Shown here: positions 8,326 through 18,757 of the stretch, piece by piece
Layout: each line of letters begins with the position of its first letter
Position numbering within the stretch: the stretch's first letter is position 1
IMG/VR virus record: IMGVR_UViG_3300044691_000355
Coordinates: 68,773-132,772 of that record
Origin: a virus
Direction: 5' to 3' (one strand)
DNA: 64,000 nt
The notes under the pieces: model-generated
The model's database searches: none
What the model was told of the DNA's origin: nothing
The model's input: the letters and a program-made list of their open reading frames with translations, nothing else
Translations under genes and position numbers: made by a program

Positions 8326-9135
8326 ATGGCGCATAACTCCACAGTGCCCGAATGTCTCAGCGACTGGTCTAAGCACCAATGGGAAAATTCCTCCAACCCG
8401 AATCACAAGCATATCTGCAAGCTGTGCGGCACTTACGAATTGAAGCCCGTAAGGACTTGGGAAGCGAGTCTCGAAGCATGCGCTAGTAGCGTGACCGTCA
8501 AGCCGGGCGATACCGTCGAAGCTGTGCTTGAGTTCACCGAAGGTGATTGCGTCGCCAAGGTCGTGGGAATCAGTGTTAAAGAACAGCGGGCGCCTAAAAC
8601 CGTGGCAACGCCTGAGCGATTGAAGCTCGAACAGCAGGCCGAAGCGCTGTACGAGTTCTATCGCAAAGAGCATCAGGGCACGTGCCCTGACGTTCCGTGG
8701 ATTGGCCTGTTTGGCGATACGCAGGAAATGTGGATAAAGGAAGCTGAGAAGGCGAATAAGCTGTCGATAAGCGATGACGCGGCGGCGGAAGCGGATATCA
8801 GACGCGGCGAACAGACCTTACGCTATCACCTTAAATTCGGCGTGGATGAATATGAGCAGGTATCGCGTTCGGCTTACGAGTACGCGCTTGCCTACATCGC
8901 AACTTTAGAATCGACGTTGCGCAAAGAATGGCAGTCGATTCAGACCGCGCCGAAAGATCAAACAGACGTGCTGGTTTGGCTGCGCGGCAATCGCTCTGAG
9001 CAATTCAACGAGCGCGCCATGGTATGCCGCCACGATGGCTATTCTGGCTGGTGCATCCCAGGAGTCGGCGGCTTGTCGGCGTCGCATTGGATGGCTGCTC
9101 CGTGCGCGCCAGACGCAGCGGTTAAGCAGCCGTGA
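8326..9135 (+). CDS. Phage protein with C-terminal DUF551-like domain
   Basis: WQSIQTAPKDQTDVLVW...SHWMAAP. Confidence 0.7.
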   Translation: MAHNSTVPECLSDWSKHQWENSSNPNHKHICKLCGTYELKPVRTWEASLEACASSVTVKPGDTVEAVLEFTEGDCVAKVVGISVKEQRAPKTVATPERLKLEQQAEALYEFYRKEHQGTCPDVPWIGLFGDTQEMWIKEAEKANKLSISDDAAAEADIRRGEQTLRYHLKFGVDEYEQVSRSAYEYALAYIATLESTLRKEWQSIQTAPKDQTDVLVWLRGNRSEQFNERAMVCRHDGYSGWCIPGVGGLSASHWMAAPCAPDAAVKQP

Positions 9136-9440
9136 GCGAAGACATCGAGAAACTTAGAGCGTTCGCCGAAGCGTTGGCCGCTCCTGAAAAGCTATCGCGA
9201 CTTTTCACAGCGGTTTGCAATGAGAACGCCGAGCTGAAACGCCTGTTGGTTGCCGCCATCGAGCACTTGAATTTTTGCGTGCGTGGCTATGAGCGTGGAT
9301 ATCCCAAGTTTAAGGATTCCTGCACGCGCGAGGTAATCAAACACTGGGAAGTTGAGGCGAGAAAATTGGCTCCGAAAGATTCGAGTCACGTTATTCTCGA
9401 AGACTGCGCTGGCGATACAGGAGCGGGTCATGCCGATTGA
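9132..9440 (+). CDS. Phage hypothetical protein
   Basis: GTGA-coupled. Confidence 0.6.
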   Translation: MSEDIEKLRAFAEALAAPEKLSRLFTAVCNENAELKRLLVAAIEHLNFCVRGYERGYPKFKDSCTREVIKHWEVEARKLAPKDSSHVILEDCAGDTGAGHAD

Positions 9441-9612
9441 CAATGCTGCTTTTACGAAGTGGCTGACTGAGTTTGAGGCTGCTCTGATTGAGAGTGGTAT
9501 GCCGGAACCGCAGGCCAAGCGCTTCCGCGGCGAGTACTTCAACGACGCACTGGCGCATTTCGCAGCGGGCGACAGTCCATCCGATGCCGCCGTCAAACAA
9601 CTGCTTGGTTAA
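9430..9612 (+). CDS. Phage hypothetical protein (MPIDNAAF...)
   Basis: AGGAG RBS upstream of ATG 9430. Confidence 0.6.
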   Translation: MPIDNAAFTKWLTEFEAALIESGMPEPQAKRFRGEYFNDALAHFAAGDSPSDAAVKQLLG

Positions 9613-9627
9613 CGACGCAGGCAGCAA

Positions 9628-9825
9628 ATGACCCAAGTCCATCAATGCGGTTGCTATCACTGCGCGAGCGGCAGGACCGATCCAACCTCAGGATGGCCAG
9701 AGACCATGACTCGCATGATCGTATGCGCGACCTGCGGCAACAAGCGGTGTCCTAAATCAACTCACCACAAAAACGCCTGCACCAATTCTAACGATGCAGG
9801 TCAACCGGGAAGTCGATACGCATGA
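9628..9825 (+). CDS. Small Cys-rich Zn-binding phage protein
   Basis: CGCYHC, CATCGNKRCP, H..AC. Confidence 0.7.
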   Translation: MTQVHQCGCYHCASGRTDPTSGWPETMTRMIVCATCGNKRCPKSTHHKNACTNSNDAGQPGSRYA

Positions 9826-10025
9826 CCGACGAAGAGGCATTTTTTGAGGTTTGGTTCCAACTTTACCGGCGCGACCAGTGGAAGATATCTCGACCGGATC
9901 GGGCCAACGAGCCGCCTAGCGAAGCCTTTTGCATGGGGCTGCGCGGGCATTACCTTACTGGTTGGCTGGCCCGCGCGTCGCTACACGTGACACAAGCAGA
10001 ACGAGCTATCCCCAAGGCTTCTTGA
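9822..10025 (+). CDS. Phage hypothetical protein, last gene of + strand run
   Basis: ATGA-coupled; converges on late operon. Confidence 0.55.
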   Translation: MTDEEAFFEVWFQLYRRDQWKISRPDRANEPPSEAFCMGLRGHYLTGWLARASLHVTQAERAIPKAS

Positions 10026-10257
10026 ATATCCGCAGGATATTTGATGCGGTCGTGTCGGTCTCTTCGACCTGCACGCCTGTCTGACGCGCATCGATCGGCT
10101 GGGTTCTGTCGAAGTTCGGCATGCGCTGTTGAGTAGGCGGCGGATTCGGCGCGGCTTTCTTGGACTGATAGTCAAACCAATCCTGCGACGTCACGGAGCT
10201 GGGCCGCGCCCTGGCATCCCTGACTGAAGTCCTGCGGTTCGTGGCGATGGGTTTCAT
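10006..10257 (-). CDS. Hypothetical protein at end of late operon
   Basis: ATGA-coupled to upstream minus-strand ORF. Confidence 0.5.
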   Translation of the reverse strand: MKPIATNRRTSVRDARARPSSVTSQDWFDYQSKKAAPNPPPTQQRMPNFDRTQPIDARQTGVQVEETDTTASNILRIFKKPWG

Positions 10258-10499
10258 GCGGCGGCCTTGCGCGCCACGCTACGCATTTCGATCGGCCTAC
10301 CGAAACAGCGGGCAAAGGCTTGGCCGTAATCCATGCCGCTATCGCGGAACGGCGCGCGCACGAGTTTGCCTGCATAGATCGCGACGCGGATGCGTTCGCT
10401 GCGATCGATTAGGCTCAAGCCTGTTAGGCAGCCGCCGACAGAGAATTCCCTGATGAAGTCTATCTCCAGATCGCGGTCAATATGCGTGAGGCGGATCAT
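10254..10499 (-). CDS. Hypothetical protein (MIRLTHIDRD...)
   Basis: C-terminal part of ORF 10254..10670 looks coding; start uncertain. Confidence 0.5.
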   Translation of the reverse strand: MIRLTHIDRDLEIDFIREFSVGGCLTGLSLIDRSERIRVAIYAGKLVRAPFRDSGMDYGQAFARCFGRPIEMRSVARKAAA

Positions 10500-10653
10500 G
10501 CAGCCAGCCGTCGCATGGGTTCCGGCAGATAGGCGCGCGGCGGCACTACCTGCGTTCGCGCCGCATAGATGGCCTCGATACGCGCATACCAACGGGCAAC
10601 TTCCGCGGCGCTCAAATAGCATATGTGGTAGCGCGTCGAGCGCTCGCGCGCAT

Positions 10654-11154
10654 TCAAGACTTGCCGCCACACAGCTTGTACTGGGCCTCGAGCAAACTAT
10701 GGAGGTAGGTTACTTCGGCGTCGGCGTTGTGTCCGGACTGCACGTCGGATCGCTCAATGGCCTTCCAGTCAGGTTGCACCACGCTTGGCGTCTCTGGAGT
10801 TCGTAGGACGGCGGCTGGAGCGCTCGGGCTGGAATGGCTTCGGGCAGCGGGCACGGCGCTTGGACAAGCCTGGGGCTGCACGCTTGGAGGCAGGGAAGGC
10901 AAAGCGCCAATAGGATCTGATAGGGACGCATCAAGTTTAGCTCCTGCTTTCTTGTCGTCGGCCGATTGCGTGGCCTCGACCTGGGTGTTATGAACTTCCG
11001 CCTTGGCGACGACGGTCGCATCGGCCTTTTCGATCTTCTGCTCCCCCACCGATCGCTCGTGGAGCGTGTATACGCCAAATGCCGCCAGCAGCACCGCTAC
11101 CGCGGCGATCTTGATGTACGTGAGGTACGGATTGATCAGCGTTGCAATGCTCAT
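10654..11154 (-). CDS. i-spanin (Rz-like)
   Basis: N-terminal TM helix, periplasmic tail, downstream of endolysin, embeds a lipoprotein ORF. Confidence 0.7.
   Translation of the reverse strand: MSIATLINPYLTYIKIAAVAVLLAAFGVYTLHERSVGEQKIEKADATVVAKAEVHNTQVEATQSADDKKAGAKLDASLSDPIGALPSLPPSVQPQACPSAVPAARSHSSPSAPAAVLRTPETPSVVQPDWKAIERSDVQSGHNADAEVTYLHSLLEAQYKLCGGKS
10710..10931 (-). CDS. o-spanin (Rz1-like lipoprotein) embedded in i-spanin
   Basis: MRPYQILLALCLPCLQAC lipobox, Pro-rich, alternate frame within Rz. Confidence 0.7.
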   Translation of the reverse strand: MRPYQILLALCLPCLQACSPRLVQAPCPLPEAIPARALQPPSYELQRRQAWCNLTGRPLSDPTCSPDTTPTPK

Positions 11155-11510
11155 TGCGTGTCGTCCTTCAATTTAGCCTTCGGCGCATCCTTCGGCGGGT
11201 TGACGATTTTGATGAGCATCTTGACCATGCTGTCATACAGCCCGAACAGGCCATACAGCAGCCCCTTATTCATCTCAGTCTCGTGGGCGAGGCTGCCAAA
11301 CGTGTTGGTGACATGCTGCCGGGTCATCTCTTGCTGGTCGGCGACGATTTTGTGAAGCGCGCCGACATCTCCCTGCGGAATGCCGCCGATGTGCGCGCCT
11401 AGCCTATCGATGTGGTGCTTGTACCAAAACAGCCCCACCAGCAGGCATAGCAACAGGAAGACGCTCAAGCCTGAAAGCCAGAGTGTCAATTCTGCGTGGT
11501 CTGTCATCAT
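11151..11510 (-). CDS. Membrane protein of lysis cassette
   Basis: One N-terminal TM; coupled to neighbours. Confidence 0.6.
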   Translation of the reverse strand: MMTDHAELTLWLSGLSVFLLLCLLVGLFWYKHHIDRLGAHIGGIPQGDVGALHKIVADQQEMTRQHVTNTFGSLAHETEMNKGLLYGLFGLYDSMVKMLIKIVNPPKDAPKAKLKDDTQ

Positions 11511-11881
11511 CGGCGTCTCCTTCCTGCTTCGTATTCTATTTTTTCGCGCCACTCACGCTGGCGGTCAACCTCTGTTTTGATGGTGTCCACTGAGCCATTC
11601 ATGACGGCCTGCCCGGTAACGAGCTGCTGCAACAGTTCGTCGGTTTTCTGTTCATGCGCTTGCTGCTGAGCGGATAACTCTTGAAGGTGCGCAATGTTCT
11701 TTTGCGTCCCCACCCACGCCGTGACGGCAAACACGAGCATCCCGCCAGTGCCGACAATGGCGCCCCACGCAGCCGCAGGGGTGAGGCGGTCCCTGACGAT
11801 CCTAGGCAGCCAGGCGAGGCCTGGAGCGTAGCGTTGGACCGCCGCGGTGGCGCCAAAGTCGTGCTCGCCATTCTCACTCAC
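11507..11881 (-). CDS. Membrane protein with coiled coil (holin-like)
   Basis: TM AWGAIVGTGGMLVFAVTAWV plus coiled coil. Confidence 0.6.
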   Translation of the reverse strand: MSENGEHDFGATAAVQRYAPGLAWLPRIVRDRLTPAAAWGAIVGTGGMLVFAVTAWVGTQKNIAHLQELSAQQQAHEQKTDELLQQLVTGQAVMNGSVDTIKTEVDRQREWREKIEYEAGRRRR

Positions 11882-11906
11882 GGCCGCCCTCGATCGCTGC
11901 GCGCCG

Positions 11907-12158
11907 TTACGCGGCTGGCGGTTGAGCGGCTTGGATCTGCTTTGCCTTTTTCCCCGTAAACCAGCCGCGCAGAATCACCAGCCCGAACAACGCAATCCCG
12001 ATCTTTGGCGCCCACTGCTGGCCCAGGTACGTCTGCGCCGCATCCCGTATCGGCGCGGGGTCCATCAGCGCGACCGTCATGGTGCCGCCGCCGAGTGCGC
12101 CCAGTGCTTTGGTGAGGTGATCGGCAATATATCGGTAGACAGTTTTCAGCGCATTCAT
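11907..12158 (-). CDS. Putative holin
   Basis: Two hydrophobic segments, basic C-terminus, next to endolysin. Confidence 0.6.
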   Translation of the reverse strand: MNALKTVYRYIADHLTKALGALGGGTMTVALMDPAPIRDAAQTYLGQQWAPKIGIALFGLVILRGWFTGKKAKQIQAAQPPAA

Positions 12159-12224
12159 GGAACACCGCAAGTGAGAACGACGCTGCGTTATAGCGTCCCG
12201 CGACGTGTGTTGCCATGCCGTGGT

Positions 12225-12776
12225 TCACGCAATCGCCTCGACGAATTGCGCGATTCTGTTGGCCCATCCCAAGGCGTTGTCGGCCTGCAATTCAAAGCCC
12301 GCCAGCTTTGCCAGCGCCAGTTTGGCGTCATGCGTCACCAGCGCGCCGTAGAGGCGGATCCGCGCACCGCACACCAGCATGCGCAGCGCCAAAGGGTCAT
12401 GAGAATTGATCGCCGACAGCGAGACAGGGCCCAAATGGCCATCGGGAAATACGCCAACCGCACGCTGCACCATCTTGGACGCCTCTTCCTGGCTATGCTG
12501 GACCCCGGCATCGACCACCAGCGCCTGCAGGTTGTGGTCCGTAATCTGGCCGAACCCTGGCGCGTCGACGTACATGTGCTGGTAGATGCTGCGCGCCGTC
12601 TGTGGGTCCAGCTTCCTGAGGTCGTCCACCGACGTAGCCGCTGGCGCACGGTAGGCGCGTAGCGTCGCGAGCGTGATGCCGCAGCACGTGGGACCCCCTT
12701 TGTCGTCCGGCCGGTCGGTGAACTTCACGCCTTCGGCAACCAGGATCGCGTCGATGATGTCGCTGGCCAGGATCAC
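12225..12776 (-). CDS. Endolysin, glycoside hydrolase family 108
   Basis: AEG...DRPDDKGGPTCCGIT, VDAGVQH, GWANR; GTG start coupled to upstream gene. Confidence 0.85.
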   Translation of the reverse strand: MILASDIIDAILVAEGVKFTDRPDDKGGPTCCGITLATLRAYRAPAATSVDDLRKLDPQTARSIYQHMYVDAPGFGQITDHNLQALVVDAGVQHSQEEASKMVQRAVGVFPDGHLGPVSLSAINSHDPLALRMLVCGARIRLYGALVTHDAKLALAKLAGFELQADNALGWANRIAQFVEAIA

Positions 12777-12964
12777 GCGTGCGGTCCACGAATCACGTAC
12801 CCAAGCAGCGTTCCGATGAGTAGCCCAACTGCCAGCGCTATGCATACGAGCACGATCGCTTCCTCGCGATTCGCCGCGAACCACAGTTTTGCTTTCGACG
12901 TTTGCTTGTCGAGTTCGGCTTTGGCCGCTGCCTCAGCCTTTTTTTCCAAGTCAGATAAGCCCAT
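12773..12964 (-). CDS. Small tail-anchored membrane protein
   Basis: Charged helix followed by C-terminal TM. Confidence 0.6.
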   Translation of the reverse strand: MGLSDLEKKAEAAAKAELDKQTSKAKLWFAANREEAIVLVCIALAVGLLIGTLLGYVIRGPHA

Positions 12965-12965
12965 T

Positions 12966-13127
12966 TTACAATCTCCCTGCGAGTAACAAAATTATCAGGA
13001 TCAGCAGCAATAGCCCACCGCCGCAGAATCCATAGGTATGCGGGTAAAATCCGCCGAAGCCGCCCGCAAGAATGAGCACGATCAGCACGATCAGCACAAT
13101 GGTGAGTGCGCTTGTTCTGATTTTCAC
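12966..13127 (-). CDS. DUF3309-like small membrane protein (53 aa, not in ORF track)
   Basis: AGGAG RBS; MKIRTSALTIVLIVLIVLILAGGFGGFYPHTYGFCGGGLLLLILIILLLAGRL. Confidence 0.65.
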   Translation of the reverse strand: MKIRTSALTIVLIVLIVLILAGGFGGFYPHTYGFCGGGLLLLILIILLLAGRL

Positions 13128-13139
13128 GGTAAGTTCTCC

Positions 13140-13304
13140 TTATATAAAAAATGGGAACAAAAACGCCACCACCACGGAGGCGTAGCCTAGCGAATCCCAA
13201 TTAGGTGTAGTGCGTGGCGCTGCAAATGCAAACCTAAAACCGTTGAACAAGAAAAACACGAACGCGAGAACCAAGAAACCATTATGAACATAGGTCGTAT
13301 GCAT
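13140..13304 (-). CDS. Small two-TM membrane protein
   Basis: AAGGAG RBS before ATG 13304. Confidence 0.55.
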   Translation of the reverse strand: MHTTYVHNGFLVLAFVFFLFNGFRFAFAAPRTTPNWDSLGYASVVVAFLFPFFI

Positions 13305-13314
13305 GGAATTCTCC

Positions 13315-14157
13315 TTACGTTGCCGTGAAAACAATCGACTGTGAGGCGCCTCCCGCACCAGCCGCCTGGATGACGCCCATCGTGCGCAGCTGCGACTTTC
13401 TCCGGAACAGCTGCAGGCGGTCCTGGTAGAGGCTCAGGATCTCGCCAGGGGTTAGCATGCGACGCCAGATGGCGATTATCTCGACCTGCTCTGTCAACGA
13501 TACCGCGCCGCTCATGCCGGACTGATTGCCGCCGAGATAGAGCGTCTGCGCGGCGTCGGACCCCTGAATGCCGGAACCGGCGGACAGGGTTATAGAAGAT
13601 GCCTGTCGGCCATTGATGTAGGGAATGCCGCAGCCAGCCGTGGCGGTGTCAGTGCCGTCATTGACTACGCATGCGTGAACCACTTCGCCGGTTACACCGG
13701 CGAGACTCGTCGCACACAGCCAGTTAGAGGCAGCATGTTCTTTTCGTAGCCGTATCGCGGCGCCGCTGATATCAAAATCCCAACCCGCGTTGACCGAGTT
13801 GTTATCGTTGCGCGCGGCCAAAGGGCCTGACTGAGTATTGTACTTAAACACGGCATAGGCAGTCATCGGCGCATTGCGCCCAATGTCCACGTTCTGCGAA
13901 TTGGCGCCCAGGGCGATGTAGCTCGCCGTAGCGCTCGCGCCACCGTTGAACTTCATAACGCGCCCACCGCCAGCGCCGCCAGCGTTAACCGCCATAAAGT
14001 CCTGCGTCGGTGGCGTTGTCCCGGAGAGCACGCCGAAAGCGCCGCTGATCAGCTCGCGGTTGCCTGCACCGTGCCACAAGATCGCAAGCTGGTCACAGAT
14101 AGGACTCGCTCGATCGAACCAGAAGGGTGAGAAAGAATCGCGTTGTAAGCCGCGCAT
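13315..14157 (-). CDS. LamG/concanavalin-like virion protein
   Basis: Beta-rich; YING..., IAIWRRMLTPGEILSLY typical of LamG-like C-termini. Confidence 0.65.
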   Translation of the reverse strand: MRGLQRDSFSPFWFDRASPICDQLAILWHGAGNRELISGAFGVLSGTTPPTQDFMAVNAGGAGGGRVMKFNGGASATASYIALGANSQNVDIGRNAPMTAYAVFKYNTQSGPLAARNDNNSVNAGWDFDISGAAIRLRKEHAASNWLCATSLAGVTGEVVHACVVNDGTDTATAGCGIPYINGRQASSITLSAGSGIQGSDAAQTLYLGGNQSGMSGAVSLTEQVEIIAIWRRMLTPGEILSLYQDRLQLFRRKSQLRTMGVIQAAGAGGASQSIVFTAT

Positions 14158-14160
14158 CGC

Positions 14161-14625
14161 TTAGCCCACCGTGCCCCAAACTTCGGTCGTCGTGCAGCTA
14201 TTGCCGCTCCCTGATAAGGCCGCGCCAGAGTCGTTCTTAACTACAATCTTGAAGTACGGTGGTGGCGTACCGCCAAAAGCCGCGGCAACAGAAAACTGTC
14301 GGCGCACTAACTCTGAGTTGTTCGGGCAAGGCATCACGCCGAGTACCTGCATCATCGTATCGTGCGTCGTGTCGGTGACGCCGGAATTCGCGGTGTCGTA
14401 ATTAGTGCCGTCGCGACTGCCGATGATAAAGATAATGATCTGCTTGTTGCCGGCAACCGTGCCGACGGTAACGCCCAACTCGAGGATCACGTCCAGCGGA
14501 TTATCAGTGCTGATCTGAAATGCGCTACTGGTCGCATAGTTTGGACCTGCCGCCAGCGAATTGAGCGTGATCGTCAACGCCGCCGCCACGCTGTTATAAC
14601 TAGCTTTTACTGCACTGCTTGGCAT
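14161..14625 (-). CDS. Virion structural protein (beta-sandwich)
   Basis: Beta-rich, GAGG RBS, in tail module. Confidence 0.65.
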   Translation of the reverse strand: MPSSAVKASYNSVAAALTITLNSLAAGPNYATSSAFQISTDNPLDVILELGVTVGTVAGNKQIIIFIIGSRDGTNYDTANSGVTDTTHDTMMQVLGVMPCPNNSELVRRQFSVAAAFGGTPPPYFKIVVKNDSGAALSGSGNSCTTTEVWGTVG

Positions 14626-14649
14626 AAATAAAACCTCTTTAAATGATGA

Positions 14650-16203
14650 TTACCGTGTTCCAGCGAAGGCCCAGCCCATATTGTCGGCCGTCACATCTGG
14701 CGTCGCTGGCAACACAAGGTCGAACGTATCGCCTGCAGCAAAGGTTTTCGACGTGCCGCCGCTCGTCACGAACGTTGCCACGCTACCGCCGATGGCGAAA
14801 GTGGCCGTGCCGATCGACGAGCCATTTTTCTGCACGTCAACAGCGAGCGAGGCGGTTGCCGTCGTGCCGCGTAACTTCATGTAGCAACCTGCGAAGTTCG
14901 CCGCAAACGTCACCGCTTGCAAGATGGGAACCGACATGATGACTTTACTTGCCGCCGCGGTCGGCATTCCTGAAAAGAAACCACTTGGTGCATACGGCGC
15001 GCTCACCCACAGCGGATCTGCGCCAGTTCCCTGCGTTTGCAGGAACTGCCCTTGCGTACCAGCAGCGAGCGCAGCCCACGCCGAGGCGCCGCGATAGAGC
15101 GTCATGCCGCGCGTCGAGCCTAAGATGTGATCGAGGATCGCGGTCAGTGTGCCGGCGGCGGCGGCCGCGGAACCGCCTGACACATTGGCAAGAATCGTGC
15201 TGTCAGCTTGTGCCGCAAGCGTAGGATTTGGGTACGTCCCCGCCAATGCGCCACCCGCCGCGCCACTCGGTGCCGCGCCCGTGATGGCAACAGACGCCGC
15301 AGCCGTTAAACGCCCTGCCGCGTTGACCGTGAACTGCCCGACGTGCGTGCCGTCGCCATAGGAGGCGGCGGTTACAGTGGTTGCTGCCAGCGTGGGGTTA
15401 GGGTAGGTGCCGGTGAGCTCACCGCCTGCTGACCCGCTCGGGGCTGCTCCAGTAATCGCTACAGAAGCTGCGGCGGTCAGTCGTCCATCGGCGTCGACCG
15501 TGAATTGACCGGTGTGGGTTCCGTCTCCGTAACTGCCCGCCGTGACTGCGGTAGCCGGTAGATCCGCCGCAACCAGTGACCGAAATGCCGGTGTGGCAGA
15601 GGCGCCGGTAGTAGGCCCTGCGTAAATCTTATTGGCAGTCTGATTGCCGGTGACGCCGACAATCAACGTCTCATCGGCTTCGAGACGATCATCGAGCGAA
15701 TCGTAAGTGGCGCTCAACGCAGTGCTCGATTGCGCGTCTTCCCAATCCTGGTAACTCCACACGATCGGCGCTATCGCAGTGATCGCGCCAAATGCCGTGC
15801 CGGTCCATACGACGGAATACAGCGCCAATATTGATGTCGCTTGAATGGACGGCGAACCGACCGCATCGACTCCGATGTAATAAGTGCCAGCCGCCTGGCC
15901 GCTGAAATTAATATCTGTCGTGCTGAATTTATTGACGATCTTGCCAAGGTCTGGACGCCACACATAGCCTGCCTGCAATGTCATGATCGTGGTGGCAGTC
16001 GTTTGAGCGTAGCTGTTTGAACCGATAAATGCGGTTTGTATGCCGAACAGTGCATTCAAATATGGACCGGGACTGGCGCCTGTGACTGAGATCGCCATCT
16101 GTAGCGCGTTGATCGACAACCGCAAAGCGGCATTGTTGGCGTCGTGCTTGGCAATATAGTTGATGTCACCATTGGCAAAGTCTTGGAGCACGATATCCGT
16201 CAT
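14650..16203 (-). CDS. Tail fibre protein
   Basis: Ala/Gly/Thr-rich, fibre motifs [11 protein letters not shown] and AGGxLxGTYPNP. Confidence 0.75.
   Translation of the reverse strand: MTDIVLQDFANGDINYIAKHDANNAALRLSINALQMAISVTGASPGPYLNALFGIQTAFIGSNSYAQTTATTIMTLQAGYVWRPDLGKIVNKFSTTDINFSGQAAGTYYIGVDAVGSPSIQATSILALYSVVWTGTAFGAITAIAPIVWSYQDWEDAQSSTALSATYDSLDDRLEADETLIVGVTGNQTANKIYAGPTTGASATPAFRSLVAADLPATAVTAGSYGDGTHTGQFTVDADGRLTAAASVAITGAAPSGSAGGELTGTYPNPTLAATTVTAASYGDGTHVGQFTVNAAGRLTAAASVAITGAAPSGAAGGALAGTYPNPTLAAQADSTILANVSGGSAAAAAGTLTAILDHILGSTRGMTLYRGASAWAALAAGTQGQFLQTQGTGADPLWVSAPYAPSGFFSGMPTAAASKVIMSVPILQAVTFAANFAGCYMKLRGTTATASLAVDVQKNGSSIGTATFAIGGSVATFVTSGGTSKTFAAGDTFDLVLPATPDVTADNMGWAFAGTR
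15213..15554 (-). repeat. Two tandem ~57-aa repeats in tail fibre
   Basis: [55 protein letters not shown] twice; boundaries approximate. Confidence 0.85.
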
Positions 16204-16718
16204 GAGGTAATTTCCTTGAGTACGCCGCCTTGAAATAAGCCGACAGCCCCGTAGGGGATGATTCCGTAAGTGCCGTAAATCATGAGTTCGCCGTAGGTGA
16301 GCGGTCGCGCCACGAGCGAAAGGTCTTGAATCGTGCCGAAAGCGAAGGTGTCTAGGTTCACTGTGAACCGCGTATAGGTACCCGGCATCTCACTTGAGAA
16401 GCCCACCACCTGATAGAAGCCGTTGGCCGTGCGCCTCAAAGTCACCGCGCTCCCGGCATCAGCAAAAATCAAGTCGCGGTTATTGCGAGCGATCTGCACA
16501 TTGCGCAGAATCGCATCGAGCCCAACCCCTTCTGTGGTGATGGGATTTCCGAGACTGTCAAACCCAGCCGGAGGTTGTAACCCGATATCCACGTCAACGA
16601 CGTACACGACGTTAGTGCCATCCGTGGTCAGCAGCGCAGGTCGCGACAGCACCTTGCCCTGAATCTCCGTGGCCGACTCGGTGATCTGGTTTTGGGTCAG
16701 GTAGGTGAGAACTGACAT
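16200..16718 (-). CDS. Tail tip/structural protein
   Basis: Coupled within tail operon. Confidence 0.65.
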   Translation of the reverse strand: MSVLTYLTQNQITESATEIQGKVLSRPALLTTDGTNVVYVVDVDIGLQPPAGFDSLGNPITTEGVGLDAILRNVQIARNNRDLIFADAGSAVTLRRTANGFYQVVGFSSEMPGTYTRFTVNLDTFAFGTIQDLSLVARPLTYGELMIYGTYGIIPYGAVGLFQGGVLKEITS

Positions 16719-18191
16719 TTAAGCCCTAAAGCCATTGATGTTTAGCAGCGCTGAAGCGCCATACGTTAAATTGCGCTGGTAGTCCGTCACGTAAATGCGT
16801 GAACCGTCCGGCAGCTCCACGATGTCGCCGGGCTCGATGCGCGGGTCATCGAGGATCTGCGCGTTATAGGTCGCAGACGCGCGGAACAGGTAGATCAGTT
16901 CACGCGCGGCAAACGCCCTGGCGTGCGCTTCATTCATCACGAAATCATTCGCGATATCCTGATTCTGAATCAGCCAATCTGGCACACCGGACGCGATCGC
17001 TTCTGTCGTATTGCGCGCATTGACAAAATCGTACGGCACCCCGCGTATCTCATATATGCCTGTGCCCAAGCTCATCATGGTGAGCAGCACGGCGACAGTA
17101 CCAAGCGTTTCGATTAGACGCCCTATCGGTATGGTGAAACCGGCAGACGCAATAAATCCGCCGACAACCACACCGTCAGGAATGAATGACGAAGCAATCA
17201 TGGCGCCTAGCCCAACCGTTGCAAGTGTCGGTGCCCATGCCGACGTGTGGACTTGTATCTGCCCATGAACCTGATCAAACACGACATAATTTTCTGAGCA
17301 AAACGAAAACAATCCAGAATTAGCAGACTGCCTGATGACCAGATAGGTATTTTTGGCGCGCTGCGTATGATCCTGACTGAACCATATGTCCAAATTCTGA
17401 TGTAGTTGAAAAAATCCGGCCGTGATGTTGGCCGTAGCGATCACCTGATCCTGATGCACGACTTCAGACAGATTAGGATCGAGCCACAGAATCCGCACAG
17501 ACGTAAACGCGGTGGTCTTCTTTGACCCGGTGATAGCGATCACGCGGTCTTGCGTCAGCACAATATCGGAAGCCCTCGCAAGGTTGCGCGAGATGCCTTT
17601 GAGCACGCCGCGCGCGTCCACGAAGGGATCGATGCCAGATGAGAGCAATGCGCCCGTCAGCATGCCCCAAGCGTCCATGTTGGATAACTGCAAGTTGGTG
17701 TGCACAGTGTAGATGCTCGTCATCGGTAGCGCTATTTCGAGCGGCGTCAATCCGACCGATGCCGCGATGTCTGTGGCGATCTGGATGACGGGCGTTCCGG
17801 CGGCATATAGGTTGGTGACACGCTTGATGCTCTTCCACGCCGGTGTGTTGTCGCGCGAGTACGCCTTGATGCTCAGCAAGTGATTGCCGCTCTCCATGGT
17901 GTAATTGCTGATCGAGTCGATGATGCCGACCCACAGCGTTTGTCCGAGCATCTGCACCTCGATCAGTTCGCCGGTCTGCGGCTGGTTGGTGCCGTTTAAT
18001 TGCGTGTGATAGGTGAATTTGATATCGGCGTCTTTGGAGGTGTGCTTGCTTCCCGCAGACACGTATGCCGTTAAGTCGATGGCATCTGTCGCGGTGCCAT
18101 TGATAATTTGCGCAAACGTCGCCGTGGGGTGGCGGATCACGCTGAATGAGCGATTAGAGTCTTTCGGGAATGGCTGCCAGCGCGGGTCCAT
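16719..18191 (-). CDS. Tail tip/baseplate hub-like protein
   Basis: Start MDPRW at 18191; C-term DPRIEPGDIVEL typical of hub proteins. Confidence 0.65.
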   Translation of the reverse strand: MDPRWQPFPKDSNRSFSVIRHPTATFAQIINGTATDAIDLTAYVSAGSKHTSKDADIKFTYHTQLNGTNQPQTGELIEVQMLGQTLWVGIIDSISNYTMESGNHLLSIKAYSRDNTPAWKSIKRVTNLYAAGTPVIQIATDIAASVGLTPLEIALPMTSIYTVHTNLQLSNMDAWGMLTGALLSSGIDPFVDARGVLKGISRNLARASDIVLTQDRVIAITGSKKTTAFTSVRILWLDPNLSEVVHQDQVIATANITAGFFQLHQNLDIWFSQDHTQRAKNTYLVIRQSANSGLFSFCSENYVVFDQVHGQIQVHTSAWAPTLATVGLGAMIASSFIPDGVVVGGFIASAGFTIPIGRLIETLGTVAVLLTMMSLGTGIYEIRGVPYDFVNARNTTEAIASGVPDWLIQNQDIANDFVMNEAHARAFAARELIYLFRASATYNAQILDDPRIEPGDIVELPDGSRIYVTDYQRNLTYGASALLNINGFRA

Positions 18192-18757
18192 CAGGGTGCT
18201 CTTCCTAAGATGCGCATGGTCAAGGTCACTGGCTCCGTCACCCAATTGTCATCGTTGGCGTAATGGTTGAGCACCGTGCCGTCGTAGCGCTCGCGGATGT
18301 TTTTTAAGCCTGAGCCAACGCACACATTGATCATGATCACTTGAAAGCCAAGCGTTGTCGCGTAGTTGGGCCACCACTGCACGGGTGTACCTGTCACAGG
18401 GTCAGGTGGGTTTTGCCAGAATGCGAGTACATGACGCAGCCACGTGGCGCTGACGTTAGGGTCATTAATCCAGTGCTCCTCGACGATTACGTCGCGGATA
18501 TCGCCCTGCCACAGCGTGTTGATGGCGCCTTGCAGCGTCTTCTGCGTGCTCCACGTCGGCGCGATGATCACGTCCTGGTCGAGATTCACCCACTCATCCG
18601 GCGAGTAGTCGTAGTCAAGGGTGCCAAGCGTCGGATGAATCAGCCGACCGAGGCCGGTGCCAGGCGAGATGAGCGGCAGGATCGGAATCGGTACGGTTTC
18701 GGTGACGACAGAACCCGCACCGATGGTAAAGGTAGAGGAACTTGAAAGTGTGCTCAT
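18191..18757 (-). CDS. Tail tip structural protein
   Basis: Coupled within tail operon. Confidence 0.6.
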   Translation of the reverse strand: MSTLSSSSTFTIGAGSVVTETVPIPILPLISPGTGLGRLIHPTLGTLDYDYSPDEWVNLDQDVIIAPTWSTQKTLQGAINTLWQGDIRDVIVEEHWINDPNVSATWLRHVLAFWQNPPDPVTGTPVQWWPNYATTLGFQVIMINVCVGSGLKNIRERYDGTVLNHYANDDNWVTEPVTLTMRILGRAP

